IMG/VR virus record: IMGVR_UViG_2802429234_000002
From: a virus
Taxonomy: Duplodnaviria > Heunggongvirae > Uroviricota > Caudoviricetes
Strand: one strand, 5' to 3'
Length of the DNA: 30,476 nucleotides
The notes beneath the pieces are model-generated. The model was not told the origin of the DNA, searched no databases, and saw nothing but the letters and a program-made list of their open reading frames with translations. Position numbers and translations under genes: made by a program. Below, piece by piece: positions 17,066-26,079 of the stretch (position 1 is its first letter; each line of letters opens with the position of its first letter).

Positions 17066-17495
17066 TGCCGTCACGGTGCTGAAAACCAGTCCAGAGATGC
17101 TGCGGATATTCGTGGATAACGGGAGTATTGCCTCCACGCTGGCGACGTCGCTGTCGTTCGAAAAGCGTTACACGCTCAATGTGATTGTGACCGACTTTAC
17201 CGGTGATTTTGACCTGCTCATCGTGCCGGTGCTGGCGTGGCTGCGGGAAAATCAGCCCGACATCATGACCACCGACGAAGGTCAGAAAAAAGGTTTCACG
17301 TTTTATGCAGACATCAACAATGACAGCAGCTTTGATATCAGCATCAGCCTGATGCTGACCGAGCGAACGCTGGTCAGTGAGGTTGACGGTGCGCTGCATG
17401 TGAAGAATATCCCGGAACCTCCGCCGCCGGAGCCAGTCAATCGCCCGATGGAGCTTTATATCAATGGTGAACTGGTGAGCAAGTGGGATGAATGA
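17028..17495 (+). CDS. R: Tail completion protein R
   Basis: 155 aa, P2 R length and position. Confidence 0.85.
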   Translation: MLKPDSLRRALTDAVTVLKTSPEMLRIFVDNGSIASTLATSLSFEKRYTLNVIVTDFTGDFDLLIVPVLAWLRENQPDIMTTDEGQKKGFTFYADINNDSSFDISISLMLTERTLVSEVDGALHVKNIPEPPPPEPVNRPMELYINGELVSKWDE

Positions 17496-17940
17496 GTTTA
17501 AGCGTTTTGAAGACCGGCTGACCGGACTGATTGAATCGCTGTCACCGTCTGGGCGTCGGCGACTGAGTGCAGAACTGGCGAAGCGTCTGCGGCAGAGTCA
17601 GCAGCGTCGGGTGATGGCACAGAAAGCCCCGGACGGCACACCCTACGCACCACGCCAGCAGCAGAGCGCCAGAAAAAAGACCGGTCGCGTTAAGCGAAAA
17701 ATGTTTGCGAAACTTATCACCAGTCGTTTTTTGCATATCCGCGCCAGCCCTGAACAGGCATCAATGGAGTTTTACGGCGGGAAGTCACCGAAAATCGCCA
17801 GTGTGCATCAGTTCGGTCTGTCGGAAGAAACCCGGAAAGACGGTAAGAAAATTGATTATCCGGCGCGTCCTCTGCTCGGCTTTACCGGTGAGGATGTGCA
17901 GATGATTGAAGAGATTATCCTGGCTCACCTCGACCGTTAG
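17488..17940 (+). CDS. S: Tail completion protein S
   Basis: 150 aa, P2 S length and position. Confidence 0.85.
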   Translation: MNEFKRFEDRLTGLIESLSPSGRRRLSAELAKRLRQSQQRRVMAQKAPDGTPYAPRQQQSARKKTGRVKRKMFAKLITSRFLHIRASPEQASMEFYGGKSPKIASVHQFGLSEETRKDGKKIDYPARPLLGFTGEDVQMIEEIILAHLDR

Positions 17941-17941
17941 T

Positions 17942-17959
17942 TGTGCCATTCCCGACACA
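17942..17959 (+). promoter_or_regulatory. Putative Ogr-dependent late promoter element (TGT-N12-ACA) upstream of V
   Basis: Exact TGT-N12-ACA dyad (TGT GCCATTCCCGAC ACA) in the S-V intergenic region, about 50 bp upstream of the V start codon. Confidence 0.6.
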
Positions 17960-18006
17960 TCATCGTTACATTGCCGCCGGTATGACCCGGAGGCATCCTT
18001 CCCGTT

Positions 18007-18642
18007 ATGAACACTCTCGCAAATATCCAGGAACTCGCGCGCGCACTGCGCAACATGATTCGTACCGGCCTTGTCGTCGAAACCAACCTTAAAGCCGGTC
18101 GCTGCCGTGTGCAGACCGGCGGCATGTGCACCGACTGGCTTCAGTGGCTGACCTGTCGTGCCGGGCGTTCGCGCACATGGTGGGCACCTTCCGTGGGGGA
18201 GCAGGTGCTGATTCTGGCCGTGGGCGGTGAACTTGACACGGCGTTTGTTCTGCCGGGGATTTATTCCGGCGATAACCCTGCGCCGTCTGCGTCGGCGGAT
18301 GCACTGCATATCCGTTTTCCTGACGGGGCGGTGATTGAGTATGAACCCGAAACCAGTGCACTCACGGTAAGCGGAATTAAAACGGCCAGCGTAACGGCTT
18401 CTGATTCTGTTACCGCCACGGTGCCGGTGGTCATGGTGAAAGCATCAACCCGCGTCACCCTGGACACACCGGAGGTGGTCTGCACCAACAGGCTGATTAC
18501 CGGCACGCTGGAAGTGCAGAAGGGCGGGACGATGCGCGGCAACATTGAACACACCGGCGGTGAACTCTCATCAAACGGTAAGGTACTGCATACCCATAAA
18601 CACCCCGGCGACAGCGGCGGCACAACCGGGAGTCCTCTATGA
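18007..18642 (+). CDS. V: Baseplate spike protein
   Basis: 211 aa, P2 V length and position. Confidence 0.88.
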   Translation: MNTLANIQELARALRNMIRTGLVVETNLKAGRCRVQTGGMCTDWLQWLTCRAGRSRTWWAPSVGEQVLILAVGGELDTAFVLPGIYSGDNPAPSASADALHIRFPDGAVIEYEPETSALTVSGIKTASVTASDSVTATVPVVMVKASTRVTLDTPEVVCTNRLITGTLEVQKGGTMRGNIEHTGGELSSNGKVLHTHKHPGDSGGTTGSPL

Positions 18643-18986
18643 CAGCGCGTTATCTCGGAATGAATCGCCGTGATGGCCTGACTGTCACTGACCTTGAGCA
18701 TATCAGCCAGAGTATCGGCGATATCCTGCGCACACCGGTCGGCTCACGGGTGATGCGTCGTGATTACGGCTCGTTGCTGGCGTCAATGATTGACCAGCCG
18801 CAGACCCCGGCGCTTGAGTTGCAGATTAAGGTCGCCTGTTACATGGCGGTGCTGAAATGGGAACCCCGCGTCACCCTGTCATCCGTCACTACGGCGCGCA
18901 GTTTTGACGGGCGAATGACGGTCACGTTAACCGGTCAGCACAACGACACCGGTCAGCCACTTTCGTTAACCATCCATGTGAGTTGA
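18639..18986 (+). CDS. W: Baseplate protein W (lysozyme-like baseplate wedge)
   Basis: 115 aa, P2 W length and position. Confidence 0.88.
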   Translation: MTARYLGMNRRDGLTVTDLEHISQSIGDILRTPVGSRVMRRDYGSLLASMIDQPQTPALELQIKVACYMAVLKWEPRVTLSSVTTARSFDGRMTVTLTGQHNDTGQPLSLTIHVS

Positions 18987-18990
18987 AACC

Positions 18991-19899
18991 ATGCCGATTA
19001 TCGACCTGAACCAGCTACCCGCACCGGATGTGGTCGAGGAGCTGGACTTTGAAACCATTCTCGCCGAACGCAAGGCGACACTGATTTCCCTTTACCCGGA
19101 AGATCAGCAGGAGGCGGTCGCCCGTACCCTGACGCTGGAATCCGAGCCTCTCGTCAAACTGCTGGAGGAAAATGCTTATCGTGAGCTTATCTGGCGTCAG
19201 CGTGTGAATGAGGCCGCACGGGCGGTGATGCTGGCCTGTGCCACCGGTAATGACCTTGATGTGATTGGTGCCAATTACAACACCACGCGCCTGATTATCA
19301 CCCCGGCAGATGATTCGACCATCCCGCCGACACCGGCAGTGATGGAATCTGACACCGATTATCGTCTGCGTATTCAGCAGGCGTTTGAAGGTTTAAGCGT
19401 CGCCGGGTCGGTAGGTGCCTATCAGTATCATGGTCGCAGTGCGGACGGGCGTGTCGCGGATATCTCTGTCACCAGTCCGTCTCCGGCCTGTGTCACCATC
19501 TCTGTGCTGTCACGTGAAAATAACGGCGTCGCATCCGAAGACCTGCTGGCTGTGGTGCGTAACGCCCTTAATGGCGAGGACGTCAGGCCGGTGGCCGACC
19601 GCGTGACCGTGCAGTCTGCCGCCATTGTTGAATACCAGATAAACGCCACGCTGTATCTTTACCCTGGTCCCGAAAGCGAACCCATTCGCGCTGCCGCTGT
19701 GAAAAAACTGGAAGCGTATATCACGGCACAGCACCGGCTGGGGCGCGACATCCGTCTGTCTGCCATTTATGCCGCTTTGCATGTGGAAGGCGTGCAGCGT
19801 GTCGAACTGGCTGCACCACTGGCTGACATCGTGCTCAACAGTACGCAGGCGTCTTTCTGTACCGAATACCGCGTCGTGACCGGAGGCTCGGATGAGTGA
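18991..19899 (+). CDS. J: Baseplate protein J
   Basis: 302 aa, P2 J length and position. Confidence 0.88.
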   Translation: MPIIDLNQLPAPDVVEELDFETILAERKATLISLYPEDQQEAVARTLTLESEPLVKLLEENAYRELIWRQRVNEAARAVMLACATGNDLDVIGANYNTTRLIITPADDSTIPPTPAVMESDTDYRLRIQQAFEGLSVAGSVGAYQYHGRSADGRVADISVTSPSPACVTISVLSRENNGVASEDLLAVVRNALNGEDVRPVADRVTVQSAAIVEYQINATLYLYPGPESEPIRAAAVKKLEAYITAQHRLGRDIRLSAIYAALHVEGVQRVELAAPLADIVLNSTQASFCTEYRVVTGGSDE

Positions 19900-20422
19900 T
19901 TCGCGCCTGCTGCCGACCGGCTCATCACCGCTTGAAGTTGCCGCCGCAAAAGCCTGTGCGGAAATTGAAAAAACGCCGGTCAGTATTCGTGAGCTGTGGA
20001 ACCCGGACACCTGCCCGGCAAATCTGCTGCCGTGGCTGGCGTGGGCGTTTTCGGTCGACAGGTGGGATGAAAAGTGGCCGGAAGCGACAAAACGCGCCGT
20101 TATCCGCGATGCCTATTTCATCCACTGTCATAAAGGCACTGTCGGCGCGATCCGACGCGTGGTGGAGCCGCTCGGCTATCTCATTAACGTAAAGGAGTGG
20201 TGGGAGACAAACGACCCGCCCGGCACCTTTCGCCTTGATATCGGCGTACTGGAAAGCGGTATCACAGAGGAAATGTATCTGGAAATGGAACGGCTGATTG
20301 CCGATGCCAAACCCGCAAGTCGCCACCTTATCGGTCTGAACATTATCCAGGACATTCCCGGCTATCTGTATACAGGCGGTGTGGTCTGTGATGGTGATGT
20401 TATTACTGTTTATCCCGGATAA
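19892..20422 (+). CDS. I: Baseplate / tail-fibre attachment protein I
   Basis: 176 aa, P2 I length and position. Confidence 0.88.
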   Translation: MSDSRLLPTGSSPLEVAAAKACAEIEKTPVSIRELWNPDTCPANLLPWLAWAFSVDRWDEKWPEATKRAVIRDAYFIHCHKGTVGAIRRVVEPLGYLINVKEWWETNDPPGTFRLDIGVLESGITEEMYLEMERLIADAKPASRHLIGLNIIQDIPGYLYTGGVVCDGDVITVYPG

Positions 20423-20432
20423 GTGAGAAACA

Positions 20433-23213
20433 ATGAGCACGAAATTTAAAACCGTTATCACTACTGCCGGAGCCGCAAAGCTGGCAGCCGCCACTGTCCC
20501 CGGCGGGAAAAAAGTAACCCTGTCTGCAATGGCCGTGGGTGACGGTAATGGCAAATTGCCGGTGCCGGATGCCGGTCAGACGAAACTGGTGCATGAGGTC
20601 TGGCGTCACGCCCTGAATAAAGTCAGCGTGGATAATAAGAATAAAAACTATATCGTGGCTGAACTGGTTGTTCCGCCCGAAGTGGGCGGCTTCTGGATGC
20701 GTGAGCTTGGTCTGTATGACGATGCCGGAACACTGATTGCGGTCGCCAACATGGCGGAAAGCTATAAGCCTGAACTCGCTGAAGGCTCCGGACGTGCGCA
20801 GACCTGCCGCATGGTTATTATTGTCAGTAACGTGGCGTCTGTTGAGCTGAGTATTGATGCCAGCACAGTGATGGCGACGCAGGATTACGTCGATGACAAA
20901 ATCGCAGAGCATGAGCAGTCCCGCCGCCATCCTGACGCCACGCTGACAGAAAAAGGTTTTACTCAGTTAAGCAGTGCAACAAACAGCACCAGTGAAAAGC
21001 TGGCAGCAACGCCAAAAGCGGTCAAGGCAGCAAATGACAACGCAAATTCACGTCTGGCGAAAAATCAGAACGGTGCAGATATCCAGGATAAATCAGCTTT
21101 TCTGGATAATGTTGGCGTTACCAGTCTGACGTTTATGAAAAACAATGGCGAAATGCCGGTTGATGCCGACCTGAATACATTTGGTCCCGTTAAGGCTTAT
21201 CTGGGGATCTGGTCTAAAGCTACCTCAACTAACGCAACACTGGAGAAAAATTTCCCGGAAGATAATGCTGTCGGTGTGCTTGAGGTTTTTGCTGCCGGCA
21301 ATTTTGCAGGTACGCAACGCTTCACCACGAGAGACGGCAATGTATACATACGCAGACTCGCCAATAAGTGGAATGGCTCTGATGGTCCGTGGGGCATATG
21401 GCGTCACACTCAATCAGCTACCCGCTCTTTGAGTACGACTATAGACCTGAATACGCTTGGAGCCGCCGAACATCTTGGTTTATGGCGTAACAGTAGCTCG
21501 GCTATAGCTTCATATGAACGCAATTATCCAGAGGAAGGCGCCTTTGCTCAGGGGATGCTTGAGATCCTCGAAGGCGGGAATTATGGAAGAACGCAACGTT
21601 ATACCACTCGCCGTGGAAATATGTATGTCCGCTGCCTTGCGGCAAGCTGGGATGCATCAAATCCGCAGTGGGAACCGTGGTTAAGAGTCGGTCATCAGTC
21701 AGAGAGTCGTTATTACGAAGGTGATTTAAATGTTCTAACCGACCCCGGTATTTACAGTGTTACAGGAAAGGCAATAAACGGTCCGATGCTGGACACCGTT
21801 GGCGCGACACTACTTGGGATACTGGAAGTAATCAGACGTTTTGATGGTGTGTCTGTCTGGCAGCGTTACACAACCACAGGGAAATCAGAAACCACACAGG
21901 GACGCACTTTTGAGCGCGTCTACGCCGGGAGCAAATGGACCGAATGGCGAGAAGTATATAACTCCTTTTCGTTGCCTCTGAATCTGGGCATCGGTGGCGC
22001 TGTGGCAAAACTCTCCAGCCTGGACTGGCAGACCTGCGACTTTGTGCCGGGCAGTCTGATAACCGTTCGGCTTGATAACATGACCAACATTCCCGACGGT
22101 ATGGACTGGGGTGTCATTGATGGCAACCTGATAAACATCGCAGTTGGTCCGAGTGATGATTCCGGTACGGGGCGCTCAATGCATGTATGGCGCAGCACTG
22201 TAAGTAAAGCCAACTACCGCTTTTTTATGGTGCGTATTTCAGGAAATCCGGGAAGCCGCACGATCACGACAAGACGTGTGCCAATTATCGACGAAGCTCA
22301 GACATGGGCGGCGAAACAAACCTTCAGCGCCGGTCTTTCAGGCGAACTGTCCGGCAATGCGGCTACAGCTACAAAGCTGAAAACCGCGCGAAACATTAAT
22401 GGTGTCAAATTTGATGGTTCTGGCAATATCAATATTAATACGCTGGTATCCAGGAATCGCGTTGCTGCATTAAGCGGGAGTGAGAAGGGGGTGCCTGGTA
22501 TTCAGATGTATGAGGCATATAACAATGGCTACCCTTATGCCTATGGCAATGTGCTTCATCTTACGGGGGTATCCGCAACCGGAGAAGGTGAGTTACTTAT
22601 CGGCTGGAGTGGAACCAGCGGTGCTCATGCACCAGCATATATTCGTTCAAGGCGGGATACAGATGACGCTCAATGGTCTGGATGGGCACAGCTTTATACG
22701 ACAGCACATAAACCATCCGCTGGTGATGTTGGTGCTTTACCGATATCCGGTGGCACTATTACAGGCGGTTTAACTGTTGATGGGGAAGTTGTTTCAAGGT
22801 CAGCAAACGGTTATCGCATCGTATGTGGGAACTATGGATTCTTTATCCGAAATGATGGTAATTTCACCCATTTCATGTTGACCAACTCCGGTGACAGTAT
22901 GGGGGGATGGAGTAGTTTAAGGCCATTCTATATTCAGAATTCCACTGGTGGAGTCACTATTGGCCATGGATTAACTGTTGCCGGACAAGTTGTGCCAAGT
23001 AACTACGGTAATTTCGACGGGCGTTATGTGATGGATGTTCGCCTGGGAACACGTGTTGTTCAATTGATGGCGCGTGGCGGGCGTTATGAGATGGCCGGAC
23101 ACACACTTACCGGATTAAGAATTATTGGTGAAGTTGATGGCGATGATGAAGCCATCTTCAGACCGATACAAAAATACATCAATGGCACATGGTATAACGT
23201 CGCACAGGTGTAA
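20433..23213 (+). CDS. H: Tail fibre protein H (conserved P2-type N-terminus, long mosaic C-terminal part)
   Basis: 926 aa; N-terminal about 230 aa resemble P2 H (e.g. [30 protein letters not shown]); the remainder differs and contains three tandem repeats of about 85 aa. Confidence 0.9.
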   Translation: MSTKFKTVITTAGAAKLAAATVPGGKKVTLSAMAVGDGNGKLPVPDAGQTKLVHEVWRHALNKVSVDNKNKNYIVAELVVPPEVGGFWMRELGLYDDAGTLIAVANMAESYKPELAEGSGRAQTCRMVIIVSNVASVELSIDASTVMATQDYVDDKIAEHEQSRRHPDATLTEKGFTQLSSATNSTSEKLAATPKAVKAANDNANSRLAKNQNGADIQDKSAFLDNVGVTSLTFMKNNGEMPVDADLNTFGPVKAYLGIWSKATSTNATLEKNFPEDNAVGVLEVFAAGNFAGTQRFTTRDGNVYIRRLANKWNGSDGPWGIWRHTQSATRSLSTTIDLNTLGAAEHLGLWRNSSSAIASYERNYPEEGAFAQGMLEILEGGNYGRTQRYTTRRGNMYVRCLAASWDASNPQWEPWLRVGHQSESRYYEGDLNVLTDPGIYSVTGKAINGPMLDTVGATLLGILEVIRRFDGVSVWQRYTTTGKSETTQGRTFERVYAGSKWTEWREVYNSFSLPLNLGIGGAVAKLSSLDWQTCDFVPGSLITVRLDNMTNIPDGMDWGVIDGNLINIAVGPSDDSGTGRSMHVWRSTVSKANYRFFMVRISGNPGSRTITTRRVPIIDEAQTWAAKQTFSAGLSGELSGNAATATKLKTARNINGVKFDGSGNININTLVSRNRVAALSGSEKGVPGIQMYEAYNNGYPYAYGNVLHLTGVSATGEGELLIGWSGTSGAHAPAYIRSRRDTDDAQWSGWAQLYTTAHKPSAGDVGALPISGGTITGGLTVDGEVVSRSANGYRIVCGNYGFFIRNDGNFTHFMLTNSGDSMGGWSSLRPFYIQNSTGGVTIGHGLTVAGQVVPSNYGNFDGRYVMDVRLGTRVVQLMARGGRYEMAGHTLTGLRIIGEVDGDDEAIFRPIQKYINGTWYNVAQV
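21168..21956 (+). repeat. Three tandem in-frame repeats of about 277 bp (about 85-aa domain) inside H
   Basis: Protein-level repeats beginning DLNTFGP..., DLNTLGA..., DLNVLTD..., each with conserved L.LG.W...N.PE...G.LE...G...TQR.TTR.GN.Y.R...W at nt about 21168, 21444 and 21723. Confidence 0.75.
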
Positions 23214-23216
23214 ATT

Positions 23217-23744
23217 ATGCAGCATTTAAAAAATATAAGGTCAGGAAATCCGAAAACCATTGAACAATATCAACTAACAAAAAAATTCGACGTTATCTGG
23301 TTATTTTCAGAGGATGGAAAAAACTGGTATGAAGAGGTAAAGCATTTTCAGGAAGACACAATAAAGATTGTTTACGATGAGAATAATATTATTGTCGCCA
23401 TTACCAAAGATGCATCAACGCTTAATCCAGAGGGGTTCAGCGTCGTTGAAGTCCCTGATATTACCGCCAACCGACGAGCTGATGACTCAGGTAAATGGAT
23501 GTTTAAGGACGGTGCCGTGATTAAGCGGATTTATACGGCAGACGAACAGCAGCAACTGGCGGAGTCAAAAAAGGCAGCTTTGCTTTCCGAAGCTGAATCC
23601 GTGATTTTGCCGCTGGAGCGCGCTGTCAGGCTGAATATGGCAACAGATGAGGAGCGCAGCCGACTGGAGGCATGGGAACGCTACAGCGTTCTGGTCAGTC
23701 GTGTGGATCCTGCAAATCCTGAATGGCCGGAACTACCACAATAA
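23217..23744 (+). CDS. G: Tail fibre assembly chaperone
   Basis: 175 aa, P2 G length and position immediately after H. Confidence 0.88.
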   Translation: MQHLKNIRSGNPKTIEQYQLTKKFDVIWLFSEDGKNWYEEVKHFQEDTIKIVYDENNIIVAITKDASTLNPEGFSVVEVPDITANRRADDSGKWMFKDGAVIKRIYTADEQQQLAESKKAALLSEAESVILPLERAVRLNMATDEERSRLEAWERYSVLVSRVDPANPEWPELPQ

Positions 23745-23749
23745 ATACA

Positions 23750-23776
23750 GGCGGGCGGATTGCCCGCCTTTTCTTT
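23750..23776 (+). terminator. Rho-independent terminator after G
   Basis: GGCGGGC-GGATT-GCCCGCC followed by TTTTCTTT. Confidence 0.8.
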
Positions 23777-23873
23777 ATCTGTTGTTTCATCCATTGACCA
23801 GTCAGGACAAATAGCGTCTCATGCCCTGTACAACTGAAAATACCACTCACCCATTAACCACGGAGTTAAACGG

Positions 23874-25064
23874 ATGAGTGATTATCATCACGGTGTGCAG
23901 GTGCTGGAGATTAACGACGGCACCCGCGTCATTTCCACCGTATCCACCGCCATTGTCGGCATGGTCTGCACGGCCAGCGATGCGGATGCGGAAACCTTCC
24001 CCCTCAATAAACCGGTGCTGATTACCAATGTGCAGAGCGCAATTGCAAAGGCCGGTAAAAAAGGCACGCTGGCGGCATCGTTGCAGGCCATCGCCGACCA
24101 GTCAAAACCGGTCACCGTTGTCGTGCGCGTGGAAGACGGCACCGGCGACGACGAAGAAACGAAACTCGCGCAGACCGTTTCCAATATCATCGGCACCACT
24201 GACGAAAACGGTCAGTACACCGGACTGAAAGCCCTGATGGGGGCTGAGTCGGTTACCGGCGTTAAACCGCGCATTCTTGGTGTGCCGGGGCTGGACACCA
24301 AAGAGGTCGCCGTCGCACTGGCATCGGTATGCCAGGAACTGAATGCATTCGGGTATATCAGCGCATGGGGCTGTAAAACCATTTCCGAGGTGAAAGCCTA
24401 CCGCCAGAATTTCAGCCAGCGTGAGCTGATGGTCATCTGGCCGGATTTCCTCGCATGGGATACGGTCACCAGCACCACCGCCACCGCGTATGCCACCGCC
24501 CGTGCGCTGGGTCTGCGCGCTAAAATCGACCAGGAGCAGGGCTGGCATAAAACGCTGTCCAACGTCGGGGTAAACGGTGTTACCGGCATCAGCGCATCTG
24601 TATTCTGGGATTTGCAGAAGTCCGGCACTGATGCTGACCTGCTGAACGAGGCAGGCGTCACAACGCTGGTTCGCCGCGACGGTTTCCGTTTCTGGGGTAA
24701 CCGTACCTGCTCCGATGACCCACTGTTCCTCTTTGAAAGCTACACACGCACCGCGCAGGTACTGGCTGACACGATGGCTGAGGCGCACATGTGGGCTATT
24801 GATAAGCCCATCACCGCAACGCTGATTCGCGACATCGTTGACGGCATCAATGCCAAATTCCGTGAACTGAAAAGCAACGGTTATATCGTGGATGGCACAT
24901 GCTGGTTCAGTGAAGAAGCCAATGATGCGGAAACCCTCAAGGCCGGAAAACTGTATATCGACTACGACTATACCCCGGTGCCTCCACTCGAAAACCTGAC
25001 CCTGCGCCAGCGTATTACTTCAAGATACCTGGCAAGTCTGGTCACCTCGGTTAACAGCAATTAA
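23874..25064 (+). CDS. FI: Tail sheath protein
   Basis: 396 aa, P2 FI length and position. Confidence 0.9.
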   Translation: MSDYHHGVQVLEINDGTRVISTVSTAIVGMVCTASDADAETFPLNKPVLITNVQSAIAKAGKKGTLAASLQAIADQSKPVTVVVRVEDGTGDDEETKLAQTVSNIIGTTDENGQYTGLKALMGAESVTGVKPRILGVPGLDTKEVAVALASVCQELNAFGYISAWGCKTISEVKAYRQNFSQRELMVIWPDFLAWDTVTSTTATAYATARALGLRAKIDQEQGWHKTLSNVGVNGVTGISASVFWDLQKSGTDADLLNEAGVTTLVRRDGFRFWGNRTCSDDPLFLFESYTRTAQVLADTMAEAHMWAIDKPITATLIRDIVDGINAKFRELKSNGYIVDGTCWFSEEANDAETLKAGKLYIDYDYTPVPPLENLTLRQRITSRYLASLVTSVNSN

Positions 25065-25076
25065 GGAGCCTGACCG

Positions 25077-25595
25077 ATGGCAATGCCGCGCAAACTCAAG
25101 TTAATGAACGTCTTTCTGAACGGCTACAGCTATCAGGGCGTCGCGAAGTCCGTCACGCTGCCAAAACTGACCCGTAAGCTCGAAAACTATCGCGGTGCGG
25201 GGATGAACGGTAGCGCACCGGTAGACCTCGGCCTTGATGACGATGCGCTGTCAATGGAGTGGTCGCTCGGGGGCTTCCCGGATTCGGTTATCTGGGAGCT
25301 TTACGCCGCAACCGGCGTGGATGCCGTGCCGATTCGTTTTGCAGGCTCTTACCAGCGTGACGATACCGGCGAAACGGTGGCCGTCGAAGTGGTCATGCGT
25401 GGACGTCAGAAAGAAATCGACACCGGAGAGGGTAAACAGGGAGAAGACACCGAGTCGAAAATCTCCGTGGTCTGCACCTATTTCCGGCTGACGATGGACG
25501 GTAAGGAGCTGGTCGAAATCGACACCATCAACATGATTGAGAAGGTGAACGGCGTCGACCGGCTGGAGCAACACCGCCGCAATATAGGCCTGTGA
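25077..25595 (+). CDS. FII: Tail tube protein
   Basis: 172 aa, P2 FII length and position. Confidence 0.9.
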   Translation: MAMPRKLKLMNVFLNGYSYQGVAKSVTLPKLTRKLENYRGAGMNGSAPVDLGLDDDALSMEWSLGGFPDSVIWELYAATGVDAVPIRFAGSYQRDDTGETVAVEVVMRGRQKEIDTGEGKQGEDTESKISVVCTYFRLTMDGKELVEIDTINMIEKVNGVDRLEQHRRNIGL

Positions 25596-25651
25596 TTTTC
25601 ATCCGGTCAGCCTGACTGACCGGTTAACCCCGATTCAGATGTGAGAAAACC

Positions 25652-25927
25652 ATGAACAAAGAAAATGTGATTACCCTGGAAAATCCGGTCAAACGTGGTG
25701 AGCAGGTTATCAAACAGGTCACGCTGATGAAACCTAATGCCGGGACGCTTCGCGGTGTCAGTCTGGCTTCGGTCGCACACTCCGAAGTCGATGCACTTAT
25801 TAAGGTGCTGCCGCGTATGACGGCACCGATGCTGACCGAGCAGGAAGTCGCCGCGCTGGAACTGCCTGACCTTGTGGAACTGGCCGGTAAGGTGGTCGGT
25901 TTTTTGTCGCCGAACTCGGTGCAGTGA
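25652..25927 (+). CDS. E: Tail assembly chaperone E (zero-frame product)
   Basis: 91 aa, between FII and T; contains the slippery run T6G near its 3' end. Confidence 0.85.
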   Translation: MNKENVITLENPVKRGEQVIKQVTLMKPNAGTLRGVSLASVAHSEVDALIKVLPRMTAPMLTEQEVAALELPDLVELAGKVVGFLSPNSVQ

Positions 25928-26079
25928 CGTTTCCGAAAAATCTGTCGGTAGATGACCTGATGGCGGATGTGGCAGTGATATTTCACTGGCCGCCATCAGA
26001 ACTGTATCCCATGAGCCTGACCGAACTCATCACATGGCGCGAAAAGGCGCTCCAGCGAAGCGGAAACACGAATGAGTAA
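25652..26079 (+). CDS. E': Tail assembly chaperone E+E' (-1 frameshift fusion product, about 142 aa)
   Basis: Continuous open -1 frame after the slippery site, read codon by codon with no stops; arrangement matches the known P2 E/E' frameshift. Confidence 0.7.
25900..25906 (+). promoter_or_regulatory. Programmed -1 ribosomal frameshift slippery site (TTTTTTG)
   Basis: TTTTTTG within E; the -1 frame is open from 25906 to a stop at 26077-26079, overlapping the T start. Confidence 0.7.

Noticed and set aside
19925-20930. Minus-strand ORFs (209 aa and 175 aa) opposite the I and H genes
   Set aside because: Antisense to conserved baseplate and tail-fibre genes; considered as a possible hidden gene but no start context or motif supports them.
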